Assembly: GCA_046331525.1 (NCBI GenBank)
Contig: JAXLQQ010000014.1
Location: 10,296-74,295, forward strand
DNA: 64,000 nt
From: Blastocatellia bacterium
Lineage (GTDB): Bacteria; Acidobacteriota; Blastocatellia; RBC074
Direction: 5' to 3'
The notes under the pieces were generated by a model, which saw only the letters and a program-made list of their open reading frames with translations, was not told the DNA's origin and did no database searches. The position numbers and the translations under genes are program-made. This document shows, one piece after another, positions 18,499 to 28,809 of the stretch (within the stretch, counting starts at the first letter, position 1; every line of letters begins with the position of its first letter).

Positions 18499-18509
18499 CA
18501 CAATTTTCC

Positions 18510-19674
18510 TCAAGGTTGCAGGACGATTTTGATGCACTCATCTTGCTTATTCATAAAGGTCTCATAGCCACGTGGCGCATCGGCCAAGCGCAGGCGATGC
18601 GTAATGATGAAACTGGGGTCAATCTCGCCGCCTTCAATGCGATGCAACAGCGAATCGAAATAATGCGGGACATGAGTTTGCCCCGACTTGATCGTCAGCC
18701 CCTTATTCATCACCGCGCCCATTGGGAATTTGTCATCAAACCCGCCGTACACGCCAGGTACGGAAACCGTACCGCCGTTGCGACACGCGAGAATCGCCTG
18801 CCGTAAAGCATAAGGACGATCCGATTCTTGCATGAGCGCCTGTTTGACGCGGTCGTAGTAATAGGCCACGCCCGGCGCGTGGGCTTCCAGCCCCACTGCA
18901 TCCATACAGGAATCCGGGCCGATACTGCCGGTCATTTCCATCAACCGCTCAGATACGTCCTCTTCCATATAGTTAATGGTTTCCGCTCCGCTTTCGCGCG
19001 CCATCCGCAAGCGTTCCGACACACGATCAATCGCAATCACGCGCTCAGCGCCAAGCAGAAAACAACAACGAATCGCCAACTGACCGACCGGGCCGCAACC
19101 CCAGATCGCTACGGTATCGCCCGGCTGAATATTGCAGTTTTCAGCGGCCATATACGCCGTCGGAAAAATGTCGGACAGGAACAAAACTTGTTCATCCTTA
19201 AGGCCGCTTTCAATTTTCACAGTGCCGACATCGGCAAACGGCACGCGCACGTACTCCGCCTGTCCGCCCGCAAAACCGCCGGTCAAATGCGAATATCCAA
19301 ACGCTGCCGCCGTCGCGTGCCCAAAAAGCTTTTCGGCCATCCAGCCGTTCGGGTTAGAATTATCGCAGCAGGAAAACATTTCCTTTTTGCAGAAAAAACA
19401 TTCGCCGCAGCCAATCGTGAAGCTAACAACCACGCGATCACCGACTTTGCGCTGTTTGACCTCTGGCCCCACCTCCACAATCTCGCCCATAAATTCGTGG
19501 CCGAGAATATCGCCTTTTTCCATCGTCGGGATGAAGCCGTTGTAAAGATGCAAATCAGAGCCGCAAATGGCGGTCGAGGTCACTTTTACAATGGCGTCGC
19601 GTTTGTTCAGAATTTTCGGGTCAGGTACGTCTACGACCTGTAAATCTTTTGCCCATCCAGCAATTTGCTTTCAT
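18510..19674 (-). pseudogene. Zn-dependent alcohol/formaldehyde dehydrogenase (MDR family) with a 1-nt frameshift near the N-terminus
   Basis: ATG 19674 (AGGAGAG RBS) gives MKANCWMGK, then the frame is lost. The rest ([35 protein letters not shown]...[12 protein letters not shown]...) is in the next frame down to 18510. The shift lies in the run at 19647-19650. The intact ORF from GTG 19583 lacks about 30 N-terminal residues. A sequencing error is possible. Confidence 0.7.
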
Positions 19675-19701
19675 TTCGCTCTCTCCTACTTGTGCCTTTA
19701 G

Positions 19702-20706
19702 TTAACTGCGTATCGCCGTGTCAAATTTCCACGAGGTACTGCTGCTGCGTCCGGCGGATTGCCCTTGGGTGGTGATGATCTCCCCCGTTTCCATCAGTTG
19801 TTTGAAGCGGCGCAAATCGTCTTTAATTTGCCAGTCTGGGTCTTCACCCAACAACTTTGCTACGGTTGCGCCAACGACGCCCGCGGGCGGATTGTATTGC
19901 ATACGCACGCGCACCATTGTCCCGCGCCCGCCCGGTGCGCGCTCAAAGCGCACTGCGCCCGTATTTTCGACTGTACTGCCCTCCACTGAACGCCAGGCGA
20001 TGACCTCGTTCGGGCGGTCTTCGATGATTTCTGCATCCCATTCCACCGTCGTGCCAAGCGGCCCGCGCGCAACCCAATGCGATTGCTTTTCGCCCGTTAC
20101 CTGTATCGCCTCAAGGTGTTTCATGAAACGCGGCAAATGCTGGAAGTCGCGCCAGAATCGGTAAAGTTCTTCAGGCGGACGATTGATCGTGACCGCGTGT
20201 TGCACGCGCAATGCTGCGCCGGGCGTGCGTTCGTTGGCGACGCGACTGACCTGTTGCGAGCAAAGTACGTCCAGTGCTGTTACGCCTGCCACCGCCGCCG
20301 TAGCAGCCACCAGGCGTCCACGATTTGACTTCGGCAAAGTAAAAGCAGTACCTAACAAGGCCAAATCCATTGCATCTCCAGCCACCCGCGACCACGCACT
20401 GCGCGCGGGACGACGTTCCGTAAGCATACCAATCCCGCTGGCAATTTCGCGGGCCCCCAACCAGCGCAACAGCGCATCGTGATTCCCTCGCAACCCAATC
20501 AAACGCGCCAAGCCACGCGGCGCTACCACTTCGGCCACCCCCAGCCCCAAACTAAACCATCCCAAACCACGCGCCAGTTGTTGCTCATTCCATCCCTTTA
20601 CAGCGCGACGCGAAGTGTGACTGTAATCCCCGTTTTGTATGTGCTGTTCCTCACCAGCCTCCTGCTGTCTGCGAACCGGTACGCTGACTGCTGTTGTCTG
20701 TGCCAT
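19702..20706 (-). CDS. SRPBCC (cyclase/dehydrase) domain protein with N-terminal membrane region
   Basis: 334 aa. N-terminal TM region GLGWFSLGLGVAEVVAP. C-terminal INRPPEELYRFWRDFQHLPRFMKHLE...VIAWRSVEGS...MVRVRMQY is typical of the polyketide-cyclase/SRPBCC fold. Confidence 0.8.
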   Translation of the reverse strand: MAQTTAVSVPVRRQQEAGEEQHIQNGDYSHTSRRAVKGWNEQQLARGLGWFSLGLGVAEVVAPRGLARLIGLRGNHDALLRWLGAREIASGIGMLTERRPARSAWSRVAGDAMDLALLGTAFTLPKSNRGRLVAATAAVAGVTALDVLCSQQVSRVANERTPGAALRVQHAVTINRPPEELYRFWRDFQHLPRFMKHLEAIQVTGEKQSHWVARGPLGTTVEWDAEIIEDRPNEVIAWRSVEGSTVENTGAVRFERAPGGRGTMVRVRMQYNPPAGVVGATVAKLLGEDPDWQIKDDLRRFKQLMETGEIITTQGQSAGRSSSTSWKFDTAIRS

Positions 20707-20950
20707 TTTTCTCCCTCTGAATAAACTCTGTTATTAGTTCTATCGTGCGTTTCCTCTTATTACGTTTTGTATTTGTAAATAAGCGGGATCACCGCACAAG
20801 GGTAGCCATATATCTTGCGGCTCTGAAAGAAACTCAAAGCGCAAAGAGTACAGTTTCTTATGCAGTTCCAATCTATTTGCAGAGCAGGATGAAGGCCAAT
20901 CACAGCTAGGAGCTTCAACCGACACTTTCATCCTGCCTCTACAATCGTGC

Positions 20951-21613
20951 TTAGCGTTGAATATTGCGCCCGTTGTAGCCTTGCCACTCGCGCTCGAAAT
21001 ATGACGCATCTTCATCAGTACGCGGGTTCACGCCCATTACGATGCCGCCATTTTTGATGTCGGATTCATACGCTTTGGCGCGGTCTTCGGGAATGCCCGC
21101 ACCGATCAGCGCGCCGATGATGCCGCCCGTAGCACCACCCGCACCTGCACCTGCCAAACCAGCCAGAATCGGCCCGGCCACCACAATGCCCAACCCCGGC
21201 ACAATGGCATTTGTGCCGATAGCGGCCAATGCGCCAATGATGCCACCCGCGATGCCGCCAATTGCGCCGCCAGTGCCTGCGCCTTCCATCGCTTTGCTGC
21301 CCAACGCCGTGTCGTCATCGGAAAAATATTTCTTGCGCGTGTCGTCGGACATCATCAGGTTGACATCATCACGGTTGTAACCGCGATTCAACATTGAGTT
21401 ATAAGCACGCTCTGCCGAGTCACGATCACTGAAGGTACCAGTCAACCATTGATTTGATTCCTGCCGCGCGCGGCCTTGTTGATTTTGATATTCGCCGCGC
21501 TGCTCCAAATCACGATTGCCTGTCATTGCTCCTGTAGCTTCCTTCACCGCCCCTGTTGCCCGTTGGCCCATTGCCGACGCTTCTTCTGAAAAACTGCCTT
21601 TTTGCGTAGCCAT
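20951..21613 (-). CDS. CsbD-like / glycine-zipper general stress protein
   Basis: 220 aa. CsbD-like N-terminus GQRATGAVKEATGAMTGNRDLEQRGE. Long Gly-zipper GAGTGGAIGGIAGGIIGALAAIG...GAGAGGATGGIIGALIGAGIPE. Confidence 0.7.
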   Translation of the reverse strand: MATQKGSFSEEASAMGQRATGAVKEATGAMTGNRDLEQRGEYQNQQGRARQESNQWLTGTFSDRDSAERAYNSMLNRGYNRDDVNLMMSDDTRKKYFSDDDTALGSKAMEGAGTGGAIGGIAGGIIGALAAIGTNAIVPGLGIVVAGPILAGLAGAGAGGATGGIIGALIGAGIPEDRAKAYESDIKNGGIVMGVNPRTDEDASYFEREWQGYNGRNIQR

Positions 21614-21957
21614 GTTAGTAACGCTCCTTTTTGAAATGAATTGTTTGTGCAGCGATTATGCAGCGCCAAACGCGCCGCGACCCCTGCTGTACCACGTCTG
21701 AACATAAGCGCGGTTGCAAGTAACCAGAGCAAGCAGCGTTCCCTGCCGCAGCACCAGGTGTGTTGTAGCAAGGCAATGCAGGGCGTTGCCCATTAGCCGC
21801 GGGGAGCTTCCCATTGTTGTACAAGGAATACTGCTTGCATTGGCGACAGCTAGGCAGCGGGTGAGGAGGCTGCAAAGAAACGAACAGTTCACGTACCTCG
21901 CGCATACGCGAGTGTCTGACAGCCATTCAACGTGCCATTACACAGGAGAGGGAACCA

Positions 21958-22836
21958 ATGAAAGATTATTTTCTGGGCGGCTTGACGCTGCGTAACTGGG
22001 CTACGGAGATTTGGCATAACACAGAAAAAGATCAGGTTTTCGGGCGCGCGGCAGAACTAGCGTATTACTTTCTGTTCGCACTTTTTCCGATGTTGATTTT
22101 TCTGACCAGTCTGGTGGGCTTTTTGCCCGGCGTGCGCGAAGCCATCTTCACCTCGTTGGCGCGCGTGGTGCCGGGCGAAGCGATGACGCTGGTGCATCAA
22201 ACCATTGTGGACGTTACGCGCAATCGTAGCAGCGGCCTGATCTCCTTCGGCGTGCTAGGCGCGCTGTGGGCCGCGTCGGGCGGCGTGACTGCCGTGATGG
22301 GCGCATTAAATGCCACGTATAAAGTCGAAGAGGCGCGCGCCTTTTGGAAAATTCGCCTGCTGGCACTGGCGTTGACGATGCTGCTTTCGTTGCTGATCGT
22401 GGGTGGGACGGCGTTGATTATGTTTGGCGACCGTTTCAGCGCGTGGCTCGCGGCGCAGTTGGGACTGGGCGCAGTGTTTACGGTCTTGTGGGGCGTGGTG
22501 GATTACCTGCTGGGTTTAGTGCTGCTCTTTTTGGGACTGGAGCTGATTTACTACTTTGGGCCAAACGTCGAGCAGGACTGGAAGTGGATTACGCCGGGCG
22601 CGATTTTTGCAGTGTTGAGTTTAGTCACGGCTTCGCTGCTCTTTTCACTTTATCTGCGAGTGATGCCTGATTACAGCGCGACCTATGGCAGCCTTGGCGC
22701 AGTTGTGGTGTTGATGCTTTGGCTGTATCTGGCTGGCGTTGTCGTACTGATTGGTGGCGAAATCAATGCCGTTCGCACACGCGCGGCAGATGAACCCGTA
22801 CGACTCAAGCAAAGCCCGGCACCACAACCCATTTGA
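21958..22836 (+). CDS. YihY/BrkB (virulence factor BrkB / RNase BN-like) family membrane protein
   Basis: 292 aa. FGRAAELAYYFLFALFPMLIFL and six TM helices. GGAGAGGGA RBS. Confidence 0.9.
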   Translation: MKDYFLGGLTLRNWATEIWHNTEKDQVFGRAAELAYYFLFALFPMLIFLTSLVGFLPGVREAIFTSLARVVPGEAMTLVHQTIVDVTRNRSSGLISFGVLGALWAASGGVTAVMGALNATYKVEEARAFWKIRLLALALTMLLSLLIVGGTALIMFGDRFSAWLAAQLGLGAVFTVLWGVVDYLLGLVLLFLGLELIYYFGPNVEQDWKWITPGAIFAVLSLVTASLLFSLYLRVMPDYSATYGSLGAVVVLMLWLYLAGVVVLIGGEINAVRTRAADEPVRLKQSPAPQPI

Positions 22837-22852
22837 AAGAAGAGGAAACAAC

Positions 22853-23707
22853 ATGCCAGAACAAAAACAACCGCCGCAAACACAGGAGCGACAACCCGGC
22901 ATTGAGTCGGAAATGACGCCGCGCCCCAAAGCGCAGGATCAACAATACAAAGGCAGCGACAAACTGCAAGGCAAAGTCGCCTTGATTACTGGCGGTGATT
23001 CCGGCATCGGACGTGCCGTCGCCATTTGTTATGCCAGGGAAGGCGCAGATGTGGCTATCGCCTATCTGGACGAACACAGCGATGCCGAAGAAACCAAACA
23101 ACTCGTCGCCGCTGAAGGTCGTCGTTGCCTATTGCTACCCGGTGATGTCAGCGACGAAGGTTTCTGCCGCGAGGCCGTCGCCCGCACTGTCGAAGAACTC
23201 GGACGGCTGGATGTGCTGGTCAATAACGCCGCGCAACAGTTCCCGCAGGAAAGCATCACCGACATTAGCGCTGAGCAGTTGGAACGCACCTTTCGGACAA
23301 ATATCTTCTCGTATTTCTTCCTGGCTAAAGCGGCGCTGCCGCATTTGCAACCGGGCAGCGCCATTATCAACACCACGTCCGTTACTGCATATAAAGGCAG
23401 CCCCAAGCTGCTTGATTACTCTGCCACGAAAGGTGCAATCGTCGCGTTCACGCGCTCGCTGTCGCAGTCATTGGTGGGAAAAGGCATTCGCGTCAATGGT
23501 GTCGCACCTGGGCCCATCTGGACGCCGCTGATCCCGGCGACCTTTGACGAAGAGAAGGTAGCAGGCTTTGGTGCTGACACGCCGATGAAACGCGCCGGAC
23601 AGCCCGAAGAAGTCGCCCCGTGTTATGTCTTTCTTGCATCCGATGATTCGTCCTTTATGGCCGGACAGATTTTGCATCCGAATGGCGGCGTAGTCATCAA
23701 TGGATAA
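22853..23707 (+). CDS. SDR family oxidoreductase, YghA / general stress protein 39-like
   Basis: Start set at MPEQKQ (ATG 22853, GAGGAAA RBS). KVALITGGDSGIGRAVA, NNAAQQ, YSATKGAIVAFTRSL. The Pro/Gln-rich N-terminal tail is typical of this subgroup. Confidence 0.9.
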   Translation: MPEQKQPPQTQERQPGIESEMTPRPKAQDQQYKGSDKLQGKVALITGGDSGIGRAVAICYAREGADVAIAYLDEHSDAEETKQLVAAEGRRCLLLPGDVSDEGFCREAVARTVEELGRLDVLVNNAAQQFPQESITDISAEQLERTFRTNIFSYFFLAKAALPHLQPGSAIINTTSVTAYKGSPKLLDYSATKGAIVAFTRSLSQSLVGKGIRVNGVAPGPIWTPLIPATFDEEKVAGFGADTPMKRAGQPEEVAPCYVFLASDDSSFMAGQILHPNGGVVING

Positions 23708-24226
23708 AAACCATTTGGTGCTTGCACTGTCATATTTTCATACAGTGCCTGTATGCCAGCAAAGCAGCAATGCTCCCTTGATTCGGCAGGCAGTTTAAAG
23801 ATGTACGACAGAAATTCAATATCATTCAGACAAACTTTGGCACCGTAGTTGCACTAAAGCAAAACGGAACGTTTTAGGTTACATAGTAGTTTGACATGGT
23901 AGTAGCAAGATACGACGCACAAAAATAAGCTGAGCGAAGGCCATCAAAAGACAGCGACTCACCGAGCCTTTCGGGGGGGACGTTTAGGTAAGGAGAGTTG
24001 CTGTGTTTTGATGTAAAGCAGTTTGTGGCTGTTCGTTGTATGAATACCAGCATCTTGGGGGCAAATGCTGGTAGCTGGGCTGTCTGGCTCATTAGTCGTC
24101 AGGCATTCGGACGAGTGGACAGAATGTTCTTATAACCGCAACTGGGGGAACGCGCTGAAGTCCACACTTTTCCCGAATGACGTAATGACGCCCAAATGAG
24201 ACGGACAGCCATTTTTATTTTTGAGT

Positions 24227-24379
24227 ATGAAACAATCTACAGAACCATGCGAAACACCCGCACCTCAATTGCCGAATATCCCAATTAGCCCTGACGATCC
24301 GTTACAACCTGACCTGGAACGGCACGAACCTGTCACGGCACCGCCGCGTGAACCTATTTCTACTGAAGAACAGCAATAA
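24227..24379 (+). CDS. possible 50-aa proline-rich small protein
   Basis: ATG...TAA encoding MKQSTEPCETPAPQLPNIPISPDDPLQPDLERHEPVTAPPREPISTEEQQ. It is below the ORF-track cutoff, has a weak RBS and I recognise no family. Confidence 0.2.
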   Translation: MKQSTEPCETPAPQLPNIPISPDDPLQPDLERHEPVTAPPREPISTEEQQ

Positions 24380-24439
24380 ACCAGCGCGCTGTTCTGCAAC
24401 CAAATTAGTGGTAAGACATCACGACAACCAGACCGTGCG

Positions 24440-27400
24440 CTACCCCACTGGTAGCCGCCCTGACAGACTCGCCACAACCATTAACAGTTCGTGTGGTTCG
24501 ACCGGTTTGGCGACGTGAATTTGATAGCCTGCCCGCAAGGCGCGCAAACGATCTTCGGGACGGGAATAAGCAGTCACAGCCACGGCTGGCAGCCATTGCT
24601 CTGTCGCTGCATCACGTTGGCGAATGGTGCGGATTAGTTCGTAGCCATCGCCTTCAGGCATGCCGATGTCAGCAACCAGCACATCGGGTCGCCACGTAGC
24701 CAGCGTTTGCAAGGCTTCGGACATATTGCCTGCTGCTGCCACTTCAACGCCGTGCGCTATTAGCAAAGAGGTAATCAACCAGCGCGAATCTGCTTCATCA
24801 TCTACAACCAGCACGCGCACGCCATCCAGTGGAAGCTTTGTTTCCGAGCTTGTTTCATCTTGTAGTGCGGACGAGGCAGAGCGAGAACCGGCGAGCAACG
24901 GCAACCTTACGATAAACGTAGCGCCTTGTTTTAAGCCGGGGCTTTCGACCTTAATTTCGCCGCCGTGCAATTCCACCAGATGTCGAACAATGGCCAGCCC
25001 CAGCCCCAGGCCGCCGTGTCGCCGTTTGGTTGATCCATCGGCCTGACTGAAGCGGTCAAAAACATACGGCAGAAAGTCGGGCGCAATGCCCTCGCCGGTA
25101 TCGCTGACCTTGATTTCCAGATGAGATGCATCGCTTTCCAGCGCCACCACTACACGCCCGCCCGATGGCGTGAATTTGATGGCGTTGGACAAGAGATTCC
25201 ACACAACCTGTTGCAAGCGATCAGCATCACCGGAAATTGCCTCGGAGCGCGCATCAAGCCTGACTTCGAGCCAAATCCCTTTCGCTTCGGCAGTCGGACG
25301 AGCCGAGGCCACAGCAGCTTCGATCACCTGCGCGGGCCTAATCGGTTGCAGTTGCAGTTGCAACTTACCTGTAATGATGCGCGAAACATCGAGCAAGTCT
25401 TCGACCAGCCGATTTTGTGCGCGGACATTGCGTTCAATCGTTTCCACCGCCTCTGCCACTTTGTCTGGCGGCAGTTTGCCCGCGCGCAACAATACCGTCC
25501 AGCCCAACATATGATTCAGCGGCGTGCGCAATTCGTGTGAGACCGTTGCCAGAAATTCATCCTTCAGCCGATTAGCCTCTTCGGCAATTCGCCGGAGTTG
25601 CTGTTCGCGGGCAAACAACCGTTCGCGTTCGGCCTCAGCGTTTTTACGCTCGGTGATGTCCTGAATCACTGTCAGGGCAAACGGTTCGCCACCAATTTCG
25701 ATGCGTTCTGCTGACAGCAGCCCAATGAGTTCTTCGCCCGTGCGCGTGCAAAAAGTGTATTCCAGGTTATTTACCTGTCCCGTTTGGCGCACCATATCCA
25801 TTTCGGCGGCGCGATCAGCAGAGCGCTTCCACAGGCCAAGTTCCAGCGTAGTTTTGCCAAGCGCTTCGGCGCGCATAAAGCCAGTGGTGCGCTCAAAGGT
25901 TTCGTTGACTTCGATCAATCGGCCATCCGTTAAAGAGGAAATCGCCAATACCATTGGACTGACGCGAAAGGCTTTGGAGAAGCGTTCTTCAGATTCGCGG
26001 ACAGCGCGTTCTGCGCGTTTTATTCCGGTGATGTCGCGCGCGATTTTTGAGGCTCCGGTAATCTCGCCCGCTCTATCGCGTAGCGGCGAAACGGTCAGAG
26101 CAATTTCCAGCAGATGTCCGTCCTTATGACGGCGAAGGGTTTCGTAATGATCAATTTTTTCGCCGCGCCGAATAGTTTCTAGTACACGAGTTTCTTCCGC
26201 TGCACGTTCAGGCGGAATAATAATCATAATGGACTTGCCAATAACCTCGGCTGCCGTATAGCCAAAGAGTTTTTCGGCGGCGCGATTCCAACTGGTGATA
26301 CAGCTCTGCAAATTCTTACTGATGATGGCGTCGTCCGAAGATTCAACAATTGCGGCCAGACGCGCCATTGCCGTTTCTGCGCGTTTGCGTTCGGTGATGT
26401 CGCGAAAGACCAGCACGGCACCGATGGTCTGCCCGTGTTCATCACGAATCGGCGCGCCGCTGTCATCAATCGGAATTTCGCGCCCGTCACGCGCCAACAG
26501 CACCGTATGATTTGCTAACCCGACCACCACATTTTCACGGATGACTTTTTCGACCGGGCTTTCCACAGGCGCGCGGGTGTGTTCGTTAATGATGCGAAAG
26601 ACATCCACCAGCGGGCGACCTGTGGCATCAGCCTGCGACCATCCTGTAAGTTTTTCAGCCACGGTGTTCATAAAGCTGATTTCACCGCGCGCATTCGTTG
26701 AAATAACTGCATCGCCAATACTGCGCAAAGTGACTCGCAAGCGCGTGTCCAACACCTGCTCAGCGGCTTCTGCCTCACGGCGTTCCGCATCCAGCCAAGT
26801 CAGTTGCCGCGCCGCCCGCCACAGCAACAGGCTGAGTAATAAAACGCTCGCCAGCACCAGCGCCCCTGTGCCAAAAGACGTTTCATACAACCCTCGTGCT
26901 TCGCCTTCCAGACGCAACCAGCCCAGCAAAATTAGTAACAGAATTGCCTGTGGCCAAACCTGCCGCAATAACACCCCGCCTGCATTCTGGCTTACCAACA
27001 GCGCCACCAGCGAACGACGTGGGCGGGCGGTTAATAACCCGATAGCCAATAAAGCAAATACCGCCGCTGTATGAGGTGCCATCTGTGTCGCAGAAGAGAT
27101 GCGCAGCAGGTACGTCACACCATACGTATAGCCAATCAATGCTGCTAAAGCGATGAAGAGGCTGAGCAAGGCGCTGCCTTGTGCAAGGCGTACCATCGCC
27201 CGCCTTTTGGCCTCCAACAAGAATAAGGCAGTGCCCGTTAGAATACAGCAGAGTGCCGTATTCGGCCCCATACGCCCTGGATACGGCGTCAGCGTTGCAC
27301 CGGGGGCCTCACGAAACAGCAGTTGATCAATACCAAAATTTACCGTGAAAAAATATTCTCCCAGCGTCAGGAACCCTATCAGTAACACCACACCCGCACA

Positions 27401-27667
27401 GCCCCACGCTATCTGTTGCTGCCATTGCAAAGATTGTTCATCGGCCAATAACCACAAAGCCAGGCCCGCCAGCAGCAGCCCCAGCGCCGTATTCGGCTTC
27501 ATGGTAGTGAAACCAGCTAGCGGGCTTTTAAAAAGGCTGATCTCTACGGCCCAGCTAGCCAATACCAGGAAGGCTATAAGGATCACCGCGCCAGCTGCCC
27601 ATTGCGTAAAGCGTTGGAGCCATTGAACTGACGAAATGGAGGGAAGTGGAAGGGAGGAAGTGGTCAT
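24440..27667 (-). CDS. hybrid sensor histidine kinase/response regulator (multi-TM sensor, three PAS modules, HisKA, HATPase_c, REC)
   Basis: 1075 aa. About 8 N-terminal TM helices. PAS modules are separated by ITERKRAE/ITGIKRAE/ITERKNAE linkers. H-box FLATVSHELRTPLN. N/G boxes WNLLSNAIKFTP, DTGEGI, GGLGLGLAIV. Receiver: VLVVDDEADS, DVLVADIGMPEGDGYELI, HVAKP. Confidence 0.9.
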   Translation of the reverse strand: MTTSSLPLPSISSVQWLQRFTQWAAGAVILIAFLVLASWAVEISLFKSPLAGFTTMKPNTALGLLLAGLALWLLADEQSLQWQQQIAWGCAGVVLLIGFLTLGEYFFTVNFGIDQLLFREAPGATLTPYPGRMGPNTALCCILTGTALFLLEAKRRAMVRLAQGSALLSLFIALAALIGYTYGVTYLLRISSATQMAPHTAAVFALLAIGLLTARPRRSLVALLVSQNAGGVLLRQVWPQAILLLILLGWLRLEGEARGLYETSFGTGALVLASVLLLSLLLWRAARQLTWLDAERREAEAAEQVLDTRLRVTLRSIGDAVISTNARGEISFMNTVAEKLTGWSQADATGRPLVDVFRIINEHTRAPVESPVEKVIRENVVVGLANHTVLLARDGREIPIDDSGAPIRDEHGQTIGAVLVFRDITERKRAETAMARLAAIVESSDDAIISKNLQSCITSWNRAAEKLFGYTAAEVIGKSIMIIIPPERAAEETRVLETIRRGEKIDHYETLRRHKDGHLLEIALTVSPLRDRAGEITGASKIARDITGIKRAERAVRESEERFSKAFRVSPMVLAISSLTDGRLIEVNETFERTTGFMRAEALGKTTLELGLWKRSADRAAEMDMVRQTGQVNNLEYTFCTRTGEELIGLLSAERIEIGGEPFALTVIQDITERKNAEAERERLFAREQQLRRIAEEANRLKDEFLATVSHELRTPLNHMLGWTVLLRAGKLPPDKVAEAVETIERNVRAQNRLVEDLLDVSRIITGKLQLQLQPIRPAQVIEAAVASARPTAEAKGIWLEVRLDARSEAISGDADRLQQVVWNLLSNAIKFTPSGGRVVVALESDASHLEIKVSDTGEGIAPDFLPYVFDRFSQADGSTKRRHGGLGLGLAIVRHLVELHGGEIKVESPGLKQGATFIVRLPLLAGSRSASSALQDETSSETKLPLDGVRVLVVDDEADSRWLITSLLIAHGVEVAAAGNMSEALQTLATWRPDVLVADIGMPEGDGYELIRTIRQRDAATEQWLPAVAVTAYSRPEDRLRALRAGYQIHVAKPVEPHELLMVVASLSGRLPVG

Positions 27668-28146
27668 GGGATTTTCTTGCTGAAATTACGTCCGGTGGTG
27701 AAATAATTTGCTGCCATGGCGCGTGGCAGTGGAGATACACCTTTCAGCATCTTCAAACAGGCACCAAACCTTGGTGAGAGTCCCGCCCGCCCCTGGGGAT
27801 TCTGCTGCGCACAAAGCAAATCTTTTCAGGCTGTTCACCCTGTACTTACATCCCGCGCCGGAAGCGGTTTGATGATTTGTGAACGCGACTAATATATTGC
27901 TGGGAAAGCCATAAGTAATAACTTTCCACCATAAGTATCCATTTAGAACACATTGCATTTTACTCAGGCGCACGCACTGTTCTCTGCAAGTACAATAAAC
28001 TATTCCTGTGACTACTTTGTAGCCTTTTTCGTTGTCAGCAATTTGTGCGCCAGTGAAGAATGGTAAGTAGCCAGTTTGCTATTTTGCGTATTAGTTTCAC
28101 AAAGGGCGCGAACAGGTGGTCGCCAAGCACTTAAAAACCAGCTTCT

Positions 28147-28728
28147 TTATTTACTCCCAGCCTGAACCGCAAGACGGCGCGTCCACTCGACCAGCTTCTG
28201 TAGGAGTTGCCCGATTAGTTCTTTGGTCTTTTCGTCGGTCAGATTTCCGGCTTCATCAAATCGCTCAGCAGCATTGCCAATCATCACTTCCGGCTGATTA
28301 AGCGGGAACATATTCAAAAAAACAAACATTTGTCGCAGATGATACTGCGCCCGCGCCGTTCCAATAGTTCCGATAGAAGCGCCCATAATGGCCGCTGGTT
28401 TACCATTCCAGGCGCTTTCGCCATAAGGCCGCGAAGCCCAGTCAATGGCATTTTTTAGCACTCCGGGAATAGAATAATTGTATTCCGGTGTAACAATCAG
28501 GATGGCATCTGCTGCCTGGATGCGTTGTTTTAGCTCCGTGACTTTCGCGGGCGGGTGTTGTTCCTCATCCTGATTAAAGAGCGGAATACCGTCCAGCTCA
28601 AAAAGCTCCAGCGTCGCGCCCGCAGGCAAAAGTTGACCGGCTGCCCGCAATGCCGCCCGGTTGTAAGATTGCTGACGCAAACTACCAGCGATGCCCAGGA
28701 TACGAATAGTAGAGTTGTGCTGCTCCAT
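28147..28728 (-). CDS. NADPH-dependent FMN reductase
   Basis: Start set at MEQHNS (ATG 28728). IRILGIAGSLRQQSYNRAALRAA, TPEYNYSIPGVLKNAIDWASRP. Confidence 0.85.
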   Translation of the reverse strand: MEQHNSTIRILGIAGSLRQQSYNRAALRAAGQLLPAGATLELFELDGIPLFNQDEEQHPPAKVTELKQRIQAADAILIVTPEYNYSIPGVLKNAIDWASRPYGESAWNGKPAAIMGASIGTIGTARAQYHLRQMFVFLNMFPLNQPEVMIGNAAERFDEAGNLTDEKTKELIGQLLQKLVEWTRRLAVQAGSK

Positions 28729-28809
28729 AACCAATATTTCCCTCTCTTGAGTACTTGTGAAGGCAGCAAGCAGGACAGTTGTTGCCCTCACAAGTGCCAG
28801 CCGCCTGAA

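Noticed and set aside
19640-19655. Programmed ribosomal frameshift in the dehydrogenase gene
   Set aside because: I see no slippery heptamer with a downstream structure, and this enzyme family has no precedent for recoding. A homopolymer length error or mutation is far more likely.
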